A stretch of DNA of 28,252 nt from the IMG/VR virus record IMGVR_UViG_3300037067_017589. One strand, 5' to 3'. This stretch comes from an uncultured virus (IMG/VR IMGVR_UViG_3300037067_017589). Lineage: Duplodnaviria > Heunggongvirae > Uroviricota > Caudoviricetes. Every line of letters begins with the position of its first letter. Position 1 is the stretch's first letter. Of this stretch, positions 1-8,934 are shown piece by piece. Made by a program: the position numbers and the translations under genes. The notes below the pieces were generated by a model. It saw nothing but the letters and a program-made list of their open reading frames with translations, was not told the DNA's origin and did not search any database.

Positions 1-876
1 TTATTAGTACGTCATGAAAATTTTTCTAATTTGAAAGGATTTGAGCAAGGTGATTCTAAATCTCAAAAATCAGCTGATCGTGGGCAATTTTTACGCAATG
101 GTACAGATAAGAAAGATGTATTTTTAGAACCTTATGGAAAGGGGTGTGTAACTTTAAAGAGTAATGAAGATGAATTAAATAGTTATTTATCTCCAACTGA
201 TAGAAATAATAAAGATAATATAATACAATTAGGAACAGCTTATCATTATATAAATAATGTATTATTTTCACATAAATTTGAGAATATATATGGAAGTGAT
301 GGTGGTACGGGAGGATATCCAAATAGTATTTTAAATTTAATACCTCCAGTTAGTGATATTGTATCTTCGGAAGTTATCGTAGCTGGTAATGGAGCTAATG
401 CTGGTGGTAGGAGTGGTACTTTTTCACTTGATGGGTTTTTGTCTTTAAGTATTGGTGCTAATACAGTTGATCGTCAAAGTTTATGGTTGGATTGTGCTGG
501 TGGTATAGTATCTGCAATTGGAAGAGATAAATATAATAGATCTGTTTCTGCTTCATTAGATGGAGATTTATTTTTGGAAGTGGGTGGTCCCACAATTAAT
601 GATGATTCAAGATTCCCTACAGTTAATTATAATAACACAGCAAGAGATGGAATAATAGATATTAGGATATGGAATTCTGGAAGTTTTCATACTATAAGAG
701 TTGATAATGAAGGAATAAAAATTCATACACCACAAAGAATTGATATAGTTAGTGAAGGGGAGATGAGGTTTAAATCTGTTAAGAATAATATAACATTTGA
801 TGCTGAGAATATTACATTTTATAGCAGCATGTCACCTCCTAGAGAAGTTGAGAGAACACCTGGTGTAAAAATATAG
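1..876 (+). CDS. 5'-truncated probable baseplate spike/hub protein (gp5/gpV-like C-terminal region)
   Basis: Frame 1 is open from base 1 (LLVRHENFSNLKGF...), so the gene starts upstream of the window. The C-terminus has alternating short beta-strand segments (FHTIRVDNEGIKIHTPQRIDIVSEGEMRFKSVKNNITFDAENITF) typical of spike beta-helices. Lies upstream of gp25/J. Confidence 0.5.
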   Translation, partial: LLVRHENFSNLKGFEQGDSKSQKSADRGQFLRNGTDKKDVFLEPYGKGCVTLKSNEDELNSYLSPTDRNNKDNIIQLGTAYHYINNVLFSHKFENIYGSDGGTGGYPNSILNLIPPVSDIVSSEVIVAGNGANAGGRSGTFSLDGFLSLSIGANTVDRQSLWLDCAGGIVSAIGRDKYNRSVSASLDGDLFLEVGGPTINDDSRFPTVNYNNTARDGIIDIRIWNSGSFHTIRVDNEGIKIHTPQRIDIVSEGEMRFKSVKNNITFDAENITFYSSMSPPREVERTPGVKI

Positions 877-884
877 GATAATAT

Positions 885-3212
885 ATGGTTTGTGATCCAT
901 CAAAAAATAGTATAGACATTATAGTTGGTCCTGGACCACATTTACCTGGTATGGGCGATCCTTTTTCTATTCCAAAAATACCATTTCCTGATGTAAATCT
1001 ACCATTTGGACCTGAAGATTTATTAGATTTAATGGAAAGATTATTTGCATTACTTCCTACAGGTATTAGACTTGATGTAAATTTTGATGATTTTTCAAAA
1101 TCAGCATGGGATGCTATAGCAAACTTATTAAATAAACTAGCACCATTTCTTGCTTTTTATAAATTTATACAAGCACTTCTTAATATTATTTTATGTATAA
1201 TTGATATTGTTTGTGCTCTTATGAATCCATGGTCAACTGTAAAGGCTGTAAAACGTTTATTTAAAACATGTTTACCAGCATTTTTAGCTTTATTTCCTTG
1301 GCTCGCTTTAATATTAATGATTTTAGCTTTAATATTATTATTAATAGCATTAATAGAATATATAATACAAAGAATTATTGATTATATTAAACAATTAATA
1401 GCAAATATTATAGTATTAGTTGATGCTATACATAAACATGATGAAGATTCAATCTTAAAATGCATACAAAAGATGTCAAATCTAATATGTTTATTAGAAC
1501 AATTAATGGCTATTTTATTAGCAGTGGGTGCATTATTTGCAATAATAAGACCATTAATGGATATTGGTGGTCGTGGAGTATGTGCTAGGGGTAGTGGAGG
1601 TGGAGATCCTGAAGATGTGCAACAAGCTCTTGGTATTTGTTGTACAGAAGATTTTTGTCCAGATTTTATATCAAATTATAGTCCGGACGGACCAAGATCT
1701 GAAACTGGTCGTTTTATTTATCAACGACAACTTAATACTGTAATTCCTTCTGAATTTTCATTTTTAAGTGTTAATAGTTTATCACCATTAAGACCACAAC
1801 GTTTTCAATTTATTGATGATAATCCACAAGGATTTAAATTTTTAGATATTATTACTCCATCACCATCTGGATTTACATATTGGCCAGAAGGTGAATCATA
1901 TGATAGTACTGCTAATACTTTTAGAGTTCCATATTTATTAGATATGAATGTTGGAGTAAACCCTAGTCTTTTTGGAAATCCAGCAGATTTAGATGGATAT
2001 AGAAAATTTAATATTAGAGATCTTATTGTAAGATATAAACCAACCCAATATCCTTATCGATGGGATAATCAAGTAGATAATACTATTACTTCAGGAAGTA
2101 TATTTATTGGTGGTGGAAGTGTTTGGGAATTTGATACTACAACAGCAGATGGGTATAAACAATATTTTATTAATGGAAAACCTGCAACATTAGAGACATT
2201 TTTTGGTAAAGAAGCTATATCCAGCTCGATTCCAAGTATTGATGATAGTGATTATATATATGATATTTCATATAATTTTAGGTATGTTCACGAGGTTTTA
2301 ATTGATAGGAAATTAATAACACTTATGTGTCAACCTGATTTAGCGATAGAATCTGCTGTTTTTAATGCTGAGTTTAACGATTTAAGAAGTGTTTTTGATA
2401 AAGTTGGAGAATTACCTAATATTGGTACTTTAAATCCTGATAGAAAAAGTGGAACTGGTACTGTAGGAACAATTGCTGCAGCATTAGAAAAATTTAGAAG
2501 TGCTATTAATGAAGAATCAGCTAAAGAATTTCAAAATACAACAGTAACAGCATTAAATGATTTAAGAAATGATTGTACTGATTTTTATTGTCGTGCAGCA
2601 ACAGCTGCAGCAGATAGATTTAATAGTGATTTTGAAATATCAACAGATTTACAATTTGTTAAAAAAGATATAGATGTTACTATTCGTTTGAAAGATAAAA
2701 GTGGAACTTTATTAACAGCTGGTATTACAGCTGAAATTGCAAACTGTTTATCAGGAATTGTAACGGCAATTCCAACATTTGGCAAAATATCTGAATTTGT
2801 ATTTGATGGTTATAATAACTTTATTGCTACTTTAACAAGTGAAACTGCTGGTAAAGGAGAATTGACGGCGTATATAAAAGAAGAATCTATTAGTAAAGTT
2901 ATAAATCGAGAGTCTATTAATGAACAAAGTTCTATAATTGAAAAGATTTTAGAATATGAATTTGTTGATGCTACTTCTATTATACATTCATATGCTGATG
3001 GTTATGGTCCAATTATTGATGGATTAGTACCCGTATATATTGATAATAATGGTAATACTGTTTATGGAAATGTTGTTGGTAATAATATTGAAATTACTGA
3101 TGGTTTTGGAAATATTACTAGAATTCCGATTAATGAATTTAAATTTATTCCGTTTGACGGAATTAACAAGATTCGTTTTAGTAATCAAGATATATCAAAG
3201 GATAAGTCATAG
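885..3212 (+). CDS. 775-aa virion-associated protein: Pro-rich N-terminus, long hydrophobic helices, C-terminal Big_1/invasin-type Ig-like domain
   Basis: AGGA RBS upstream. Hydrophobic stretch LPAFLALFPWLALILMILALILLLIALI. Ig-like pattern VTIRLKDKSG...TFGKISEFVFDGYNNFIATLTSETAGKGELTAYI at about 2660-2876. Confidence 0.6.
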   Translation: MVCDPSKNSIDIIVGPGPHLPGMGDPFSIPKIPFPDVNLPFGPEDLLDLMERLFALLPTGIRLDVNFDDFSKSAWDAIANLLNKLAPFLAFYKFIQALLNIILCIIDIVCALMNPWSTVKAVKRLFKTCLPAFLALFPWLALILMILALILLLIALIEYIIQRIIDYIKQLIANIIVLVDAIHKHDEDSILKCIQKMSNLICLLEQLMAILLAVGALFAIIRPLMDIGGRGVCARGSGGGDPEDVQQALGICCTEDFCPDFISNYSPDGPRSETGRFIYQRQLNTVIPSEFSFLSVNSLSPLRPQRFQFIDDNPQGFKFLDIITPSPSGFTYWPEGESYDSTANTFRVPYLLDMNVGVNPSLFGNPADLDGYRKFNIRDLIVRYKPTQYPYRWDNQVDNTITSGSIFIGGGSVWEFDTTTADGYKQYFINGKPATLETFFGKEAISSSIPSIDDSDYIYDISYNFRYVHEVLIDRKLITLMCQPDLAIESAVFNAEFNDLRSVFDKVGELPNIGTLNPDRKSGTGTVGTIAAALEKFRSAINEESAKEFQNTTVTALNDLRNDCTDFYCRAATAAADRFNSDFEISTDLQFVKKDIDVTIRLKDKSGTLLTAGITAEIANCLSGIVTAIPTFGKISEFVFDGYNNFIATLTSETAGKGELTAYIKEESISKVINRESINEQSSIIEKILEYEFVDATSIIHSYADGYGPIIDGLVPVYIDNNGNTVYGNVVGNNIEITDGFGNITRIPINEFKFIPFDGINKIRFSNQDISKDKS

Positions 3213-3220
3213 GTGTATTT

Positions 3221-4918
3221 ATGGTAGATGCAACAAGTTCTATTGGTGAAATTCAAGAAGAGAGTGCATTAGATGCTCAAGATGCTGTTGATATTGATAT
3301 TGATGTTTTAATAAACAAATTTATAAAACCAATAGAAAATTATCGTAGTAAAAGTTCACCAAATGTTAAAATGCCATTTGATAGTCTATCAAATGATATT
3401 GTTTCGGCAAATCCTAATATACCTCAGGAAAGTAGAGCTCATGCTTTTTATAGAATTTTAGGATTACCAGCAATTGAACCTAGTGGTAGATTTTATAATA
3501 CAGGATATACTGGAAAAAATAAAATAACACTTTCAACTGATGATAGGGCTCTTCATAATAATATTAATAGTAAAATTCCAGAAAATGTTAAAAATGCAAT
3601 TTCAAAAAGAGAATCATCTTCTAGGGATAGATATGGTAAATTTTATACTGCAAATTCAGATTCTTCTATTTATAGTATAGCATTAGCCGTTCCAAATGGA
3701 ACAAGATTATTTATGTGTATGGATAAAAATATTGATGCATTAAATAATTTTGATAAACAAACAGTAAAAATTCCAGAAAGAGCTAAATTTATAAAGACAA
3801 GATATAAGAAAAATGATGGTTCTGATATTGAACAAACATATGATAGTGTAGAACATATTCTTAGACCATTTATAACTGATCCTGTTATTTCTGAAAAACT
3901 AAAACCATCTTCAGGTAAATCAAGTGTTATGGTTGGAGTGCCATTTTTAAATAATAAAGATTTAGAACATGAAAGAGGAAAATATATAAAGCGTCCAGGA
4001 ATTGAATTAATATTAAGATTAAGATTACGTCAACAAAACATCATACAAAACAATAATTCTACATTTCAACAATCAATAACAACTTACGAAGGAGTTATTT
4101 CTATTAATAAAAAAAGAGAAATTGCTGCGATACTTTCTAATACAGGGGTTAATGATGTTGATATAGATCGTGTTTTAAAAGGAACATCTTATCTTGAATT
4201 AAATATTTTAGATGATTTTGTTAGAAGTTTTAAGGGCATTATAAGTGCTTATATGGAATGTTTAGAAACAGTTGAACGTATAAGCAAACAGATTGTTTGG
4301 ACACCATTATGTGATGAAGGTGGTCCTGAATCTGGAACAACTATAACAACTGGTTTTGTTAAACCAGTTGCTTTTAAAGATAGTTGGGAATTAGAGCGTA
4401 GGATTACCCAATTAGAGGCTAAAAATTTATTTGCTACAAATCAAGTTGAATTAGGAGATGGATTATCTTATGGAGATTTTACAATTCCTTTTTCTCAAGA
4501 ATTATCAAAAACGTTTAACAAACAAATACAAGAAGAAAAAAATAAAAGATCTAATCTTGAAGCTGAGGCAAGTTCTGCTTTAAGTATAATTGAATATATT
4601 TCTGGTGAAGTTAGCGGATTAGGATTAATAGATATATTTGCAATATATATGGCAATGTGGTCCGTAGATATTACAGTGTTACTTAATTTAATAGATGATG
4701 CAGCTATACAGCGATTATACGAAATCAAATCATTAAGAACGAATGAAGTAATTAACAGAAAAAATAATACTGGTGAAGCTGTTAAATATTATAAAGAATT
4801 TGAAGAAAGAATTATGAGCATTCTTTCGTATGCAGATAAGTTATATGTTAGAGCACAAGGATCACTTACTGATAGTGAAGGTGGTGATGTTTCAAGGGAT
4901 ATTGGAACTTTCTTTTAA
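3221..4918 (+). CDS. 565-aa hypothetical protein, probably structural (baseplate region)
   Basis: Long ORF, AGGTG RBS-like sequence overlapping the upstream stop, located within the baseplate gene run. No motif recognised. Confidence 0.65.
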   Translation: MVDATSSIGEIQEESALDAQDAVDIDIDVLINKFIKPIENYRSKSSPNVKMPFDSLSNDIVSANPNIPQESRAHAFYRILGLPAIEPSGRFYNTGYTGKNKITLSTDDRALHNNINSKIPENVKNAISKRESSSRDRYGKFYTANSDSSIYSIALAVPNGTRLFMCMDKNIDALNNFDKQTVKIPERAKFIKTRYKKNDGSDIEQTYDSVEHILRPFITDPVISEKLKPSSGKSSVMVGVPFLNNKDLEHERGKYIKRPGIELILRLRLRQQNIIQNNNSTFQQSITTYEGVISINKKREIAAILSNTGVNDVDIDRVLKGTSYLELNILDDFVRSFKGIISAYMECLETVERISKQIVWTPLCDEGGPESGTTITTGFVKPVAFKDSWELERRITQLEAKNLFATNQVELGDGLSYGDFTIPFSQELSKTFNKQIQEEKNKRSNLEAEASSALSIIEYISGEVSGLGLIDIFAIYMAMWSVDITVLLNLIDDAAIQRLYEIKSLRTNEVINRKNNTGEAVKYYKEFEERIMSILSYADKLYVRAQGSLTDSEGGDVSRDIGTFF

Positions 4919-4965
4919 CTTAACGTGCAAGAAGTCCATTTCCTTTAGATGAGGAATGAATTGCC
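4915..4965 (+). mobile_element. Orphan IS200/IS605-type left-end copy
   Basis: TTAACTTAACGTGCAAGAAGTCCATTTCCTTTAGATGAGGAATGAATTGCC closely matches 28045-28095, which directly precedes tnpB. No tnpB follows this copy. Confidence 0.75.
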
Positions 4966-5024
4966 GTATGTTCATTTATATTATTTTTTTTTACTAATAG
5001 TTCGATATATTTAACTGGAGTAAA

Positions 5025-5456
5025 ATGTCATTTGATTTAAAACTTATAGCTGGGGATTTGATAATAAAAAATGGTGATTTGGATATAGTTGAAGGATCTG
5101 ATAAACTTGTTCAAGATGTTTTAAAACTTATTAGTACTCCATTAGGTTCAAATCCATTTTTTCCAGCTTATGGTTCTCCAATAAGCAAGGCTTTAATTGG
5201 AAAAATTTATGAACAAGAATTTTTAGAAGATATTGCTACACATCAATTAAAATCAAGTATTGAGAGATTACAACAACTTCAATTAGAACAATTAAAACAA
5301 AATCAAGCTGTTACACCAGATGAACAAATTGCAGTTATTGAAAATATAAAAGTTTCTCAAGCTCGTAATGATTCTAGATATTATTTAATATATTTAACAG
5401 TGATATCTAAATCTTTTCAAAGAATTCCAATATCATTTGGTATTGATACGTTTTAA
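5025..5456 (+). CDS. gp25-like (GPW/gp25 family) baseplate wedge / sheath-initiator protein
   Basis: GGAG RBS. Pattern DLKL..GDL...NGDL..VEG.DKL.QD..K...TPLGS.PFFP.YGS is characteristic of gp25/gpW proteins. 143 aa, immediately before baseplate J. Confidence 0.85.
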   Translation: MSFDLKLIAGDLIIKNGDLDIVEGSDKLVQDVLKLISTPLGSNPFFPAYGSPISKALIGKIYEQEFLEDIATHQLKSSIERLQQLQLEQLKQNQAVTPDEQIAVIENIKVSQARNDSRYYLIYLTVISKSFQRIPISFGIDTF

Positions 5457-5500
5457 CATAATGTGCAAGAAGCCATTATTTTTAGGTTAGGGTAGTTCAC
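5453..5500 (+). mobile_element. 48-bp IS605-derived mini-element (left-end start, degenerate hairpin, right-end GTAGTTCAC)
   Basis: TTAACATAATGTGCAAGAAGCCATTATTTTTAGGTTAGGGTAGTTCAC, near-identical to 20648-20695. Confidence 0.75.
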
Positions 5501-5569
5501 TTAACAGTGCATTTTTTTGTATTATTTGAGTTGATGGATATATATTAATATAATATTTAAGGACAAACG

Positions 5570-8500
5570 ATGGTACGAGTTCGAACTGCTAATGATATAG
5601 TTCTAAGTATATTAGATTTTTATAGAACTGCTATACCTTTACTTGATTTAAAACCAGGAGAAGTAGGTAGAGATCTTTTTGTTGATGGACAAGCTGTTCA
5701 AATGTCTCGTTTATACGAAGAATTATTACATATTCAAAATAAACAATCTTTATTATTATCATTAGGTTCTGATATAGATGCTCTAGCTTCGAATTATGGC
5801 GCACCTCGTAAAACAGGTTCAAAATCAAGAGGTTTAGCTCTTTTAACATTTAATGAAATTGAATCTGATATACCAATTAAAAAAGATGGTTTGGTAATAG
5901 CTTCTAATGGAATGTCGTTTGCAGTAGTTACATCTACTACAGTTTTATATGCTAACAAGAACACATATAGAGCAACGGCTTCCAAGAATCGTGCAGCTTT
6001 AGATTTTGTTGGAATTAGTGATGAATATGCGATTGAAGTATTAGTGGTATGTGCAACTACTGGTTCTGGTGGAAACATTTCTAGATATTCTTTAAAGAAT
6101 ACAACTATAGCTGGAGTATCTAGAGTTACAAATGCAGCTTCTTTTGGTGGAGGATCTCCATCTGAGAGTGATTCTGCATATAAGCGTAGAATTTTAGGAA
6201 TATTTAGTGGTGCTAATACAGGTACTGAAACAGGTTATAAAAATATAGTTTTAGCAGACCCTGATGTAATTGATGCAATTGTAGTTGGACCTGGTGATGT
6301 TTTAATGACTAGAGATGGTACGGATGTATACACAGCTGAAGATGGTACAAAAACAATTATATCAGAAGGAACTGGTGGAAAAGTAGATATATATATTTTT
6401 GGTTATCGTCTTACAGAAATAATTGATAGTTTTATTTATTTTGATCATAGTAATAAAGACGATCCAACTGATATATCAAATGACTTTGTTCTTGGACAAA
6501 TAGATGGTGATGAAAATAAAACTGTATCTAGAAGAAGAATTGACAATCTGTTAAATCAAGAATTACCAAATCAACCTGTAACAAGTATCATAGATGTTTC
6601 AGGATCTTCTAGTGGTTCTAATTTTAAACTAAAGAGTATAGATACAATTGGAAGAATATCTGGTAATTATGAATTAGTATTTGATAATGGAGCTTATGCT
6701 GGCAGTGTTTGGGGATTTGATCGTTTACGTTGGATTGATAATCATGTAAGAAATTTATTAGAAGATATTACCAAAGGAAAATTTAATAGTCAAGATCCTA
6801 CTGGTTTTTCTGATGTGTCTGAAATTAAAAATGTACAACAATCATTACAAATTATAAATGAAAATAGTAGATTATTATCAAATAATAGAGCTTATATTCA
6901 ATTATCACATTCTCCAGTTAATTCTGTAAGTAGAGTTTTTAATTTTACAACTGGAGAAAGATATATTGTTTCAAATCAAAACCCTGATGGTGGTGATCAA
7001 AATACAACTGGACGTATTTTAATATCTGGAAGTACTTTACCATCTATAAGTGATATTTTACAAGTAGATTATACATGGTTATTTGATTATAGTCCACATT
7101 GGGATTTTGATAATAAAGTTAATTCTTTTAATATTAGAAATGTAGGTGATAGTATAGATTGGGGCTATTCTAATAATATTAGAAGAGAAGAAACAACAAT
7201 ACAATCAGAAGGTGTTAGTAATCAAAAAGTAATATATGTTACACATGATATAAATTCAGTTGTTAATGTTAATAGATTTACAACACAGGAAGAAGTAAAC
7301 ATTACTTTAGTTAGTAATCGTCTTGCAGTTATTGTTGAATCTGTTGTATTAAATGTAATATCTATAATTAGAGATAGTGACAATGCAGAGCTTTATAACA
7401 CAGTTAATAATGATGGAAGTTTTAGTGCATTTACAATATTTTTACCTACAAATACTATTGGTGAAGTTGGCGATGGATATTTAACAGTTAAGTATAATGC
7501 TGAAGATAAGTTTACACAAGATGGTGTTAGTGGAAGTTTTAATGCAAATAAGATTACATTACCAGCTAACACAGATGCTTCTGATGGTTATTTAGTTGAA
7601 GTAAATTATTTAGCTGATACAAGACAATTGTTATCATCTGTATTATTATCTAATTTACCAGTTACTAGAAATGGAAATGCTTTTTCTATTAATAATAGTA
7701 ATTTTATTACGGGAACACAACCAACAACACATATTTATTCTTATGGAAATATTATTCAGAAAAATTTGAAATTAGCACCATCTAGATTAAAATTAACACT
7801 ATCAGGTTCTATTTCTCCTGGTGTATTAACTATTGCTGGAACAACAATGCAAGGAATTATAGAAGGTGTATTTGTAGCAAGTGCTAATGGTTTAACTCAA
7901 AATTTATCGTCATTAATTAAAACTGCATTATCTTTAACAAGCAATCAAACGATACCATTAAATGTTAATATTATTAAATTGGTTAAATTTGAAAAAGTAC
8001 AAATTAATTCTAATAAAGATGTAATTGCTGTTGAACATGAATATGATACTTTTGGTTATGAAATTAAAAATAATGATTTTGCAAAATTTGAATCATTAAA
8101 GAATACTACTTTAACTAGTGTACAAATTAAACTACCAAATACTATTAATAATAATACAATTGTACCAGTTGTTGGAGATGCTTTTAGAGTAACATTTTAT
8201 ATTGGAACTATAAATAGTCCAGAATCTGGTTATACAGAAACTGAAAGTATATCATTTACTAAAAGTGGAACACTTTATACTCAAAAAATATTTGCATTTA
8301 TAGATTCTATTTCTAAAGCTAGTGGATTTATTTCTGGTGAAAATACATCTACATTATCTATAGCTCCACAAAACCAACCAGCACAAGGAACTAGATATTC
8401 ATCATATTATGATTATTTAGCACCAAAACCAAATGAAAGAATTACAATTAGATATAATCAAAATCAAATTATTAATGATAATACATTTGCAATAGCTAGT

Positions 8501-8842
8501 AAAAATATTATTGGAGGTGATGTATTAGCTAAATCATCTATTGCTAAATTAGTGAATATTAATATTGCTATAGTAGTTTCTAAAGGTTATGAAAATTCTA
8601 GTTCTGTAGTTATACAAAATGTTAAAGATTCAATTACAAATTCATTAAACGCAACAACTCTAAATACAACAATTGATGAATCAGATTTTGTAACAGTAGC
8701 TTATACAATAAGCGGAGTTGATAGAGCTAGAGTATTACAATTTAATGTAAATGGTCAAACTGGAAGAGTATTAAGCATTACTGCTGATAAAAATGAATAT
8801 ATTCAAGCTAATGAAGTTACTGTACAAATCGAATTGCGTTAG
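5570..8842 (+). CDS. Baseplate J-like (T4 gp6-like) wedge protein with large internal insertion, 1090 aa
   Basis: Baseplate_J motifs: DIDALASNYG..RK.G.KSRG...F, V.C.TTGSGGNI, VTNAASFGGGS..ESDSAYKRRI, GT..GY...VL..PDV.DA.VV. J-type C-terminus ending ITNSLNATTLNTTIDESDFVTVAYTISGVD. Confidence 0.9.
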   Translation: MVRVRTANDIVLSILDFYRTAIPLLDLKPGEVGRDLFVDGQAVQMSRLYEELLHIQNKQSLLLSLGSDIDALASNYGAPRKTGSKSRGLALLTFNEIESDIPIKKDGLVIASNGMSFAVVTSTTVLYANKNTYRATASKNRAALDFVGISDEYAIEVLVVCATTGSGGNISRYSLKNTTIAGVSRVTNAASFGGGSPSESDSAYKRRILGIFSGANTGTETGYKNIVLADPDVIDAIVVGPGDVLMTRDGTDVYTAEDGTKTIISEGTGGKVDIYIFGYRLTEIIDSFIYFDHSNKDDPTDISNDFVLGQIDGDENKTVSRRRIDNLLNQELPNQPVTSIIDVSGSSSGSNFKLKSIDTIGRISGNYELVFDNGAYAGSVWGFDRLRWIDNHVRNLLEDITKGKFNSQDPTGFSDVSEIKNVQQSLQIINENSRLLSNNRAYIQLSHSPVNSVSRVFNFTTGERYIVSNQNPDGGDQNTTGRILISGSTLPSISDILQVDYTWLFDYSPHWDFDNKVNSFNIRNVGDSIDWGYSNNIRREETTIQSEGVSNQKVIYVTHDINSVVNVNRFTTQEEVNITLVSNRLAVIVESVVLNVISIIRDSDNAELYNTVNNDGSFSAFTIFLPTNTIGEVGDGYLTVKYNAEDKFTQDGVSGSFNANKITLPANTDASDGYLVEVNYLADTRQLLSSVLLSNLPVTRNGNAFSINNSNFITGTQPTTHIYSYGNIIQKNLKLAPSRLKLTLSGSISPGVLTIAGTTMQGIIEGVFVASANGLTQNLSSLIKTALSLTSNQTIPLNVNIIKLVKFEKVQINSNKDVIAVEHEYDTFGYEIKNNDFAKFESLKNTTLTSVQIKLPNTINNNTIVPVVGDAFRVTFYIGTINSPESGYTETESISFTKSGTLYTQKIFAFIDSISKASGFISGENTSTLSIAPQNQPAQGTRYSSYYDYLAPKPNERITIRYNQNQIINDNTFAIASKNIIGGDVLAKSSIAKLVNINIAIVVSKGYENSSSVVIQNVKDSITNSLNATTLNTTIDESDFVTVAYTISGVDRARVLQFNVNGQTGRVLSITADKNEYIQANEVTVQIELR

Positions 8843-8934
8843 TATATTTTATTAAAATTTTGTATTTCACTATTGATAATTTTCCCAACGGATATATTAA
8901 CATAATATAGATATCTTTTAATAGAGAATTTTTA

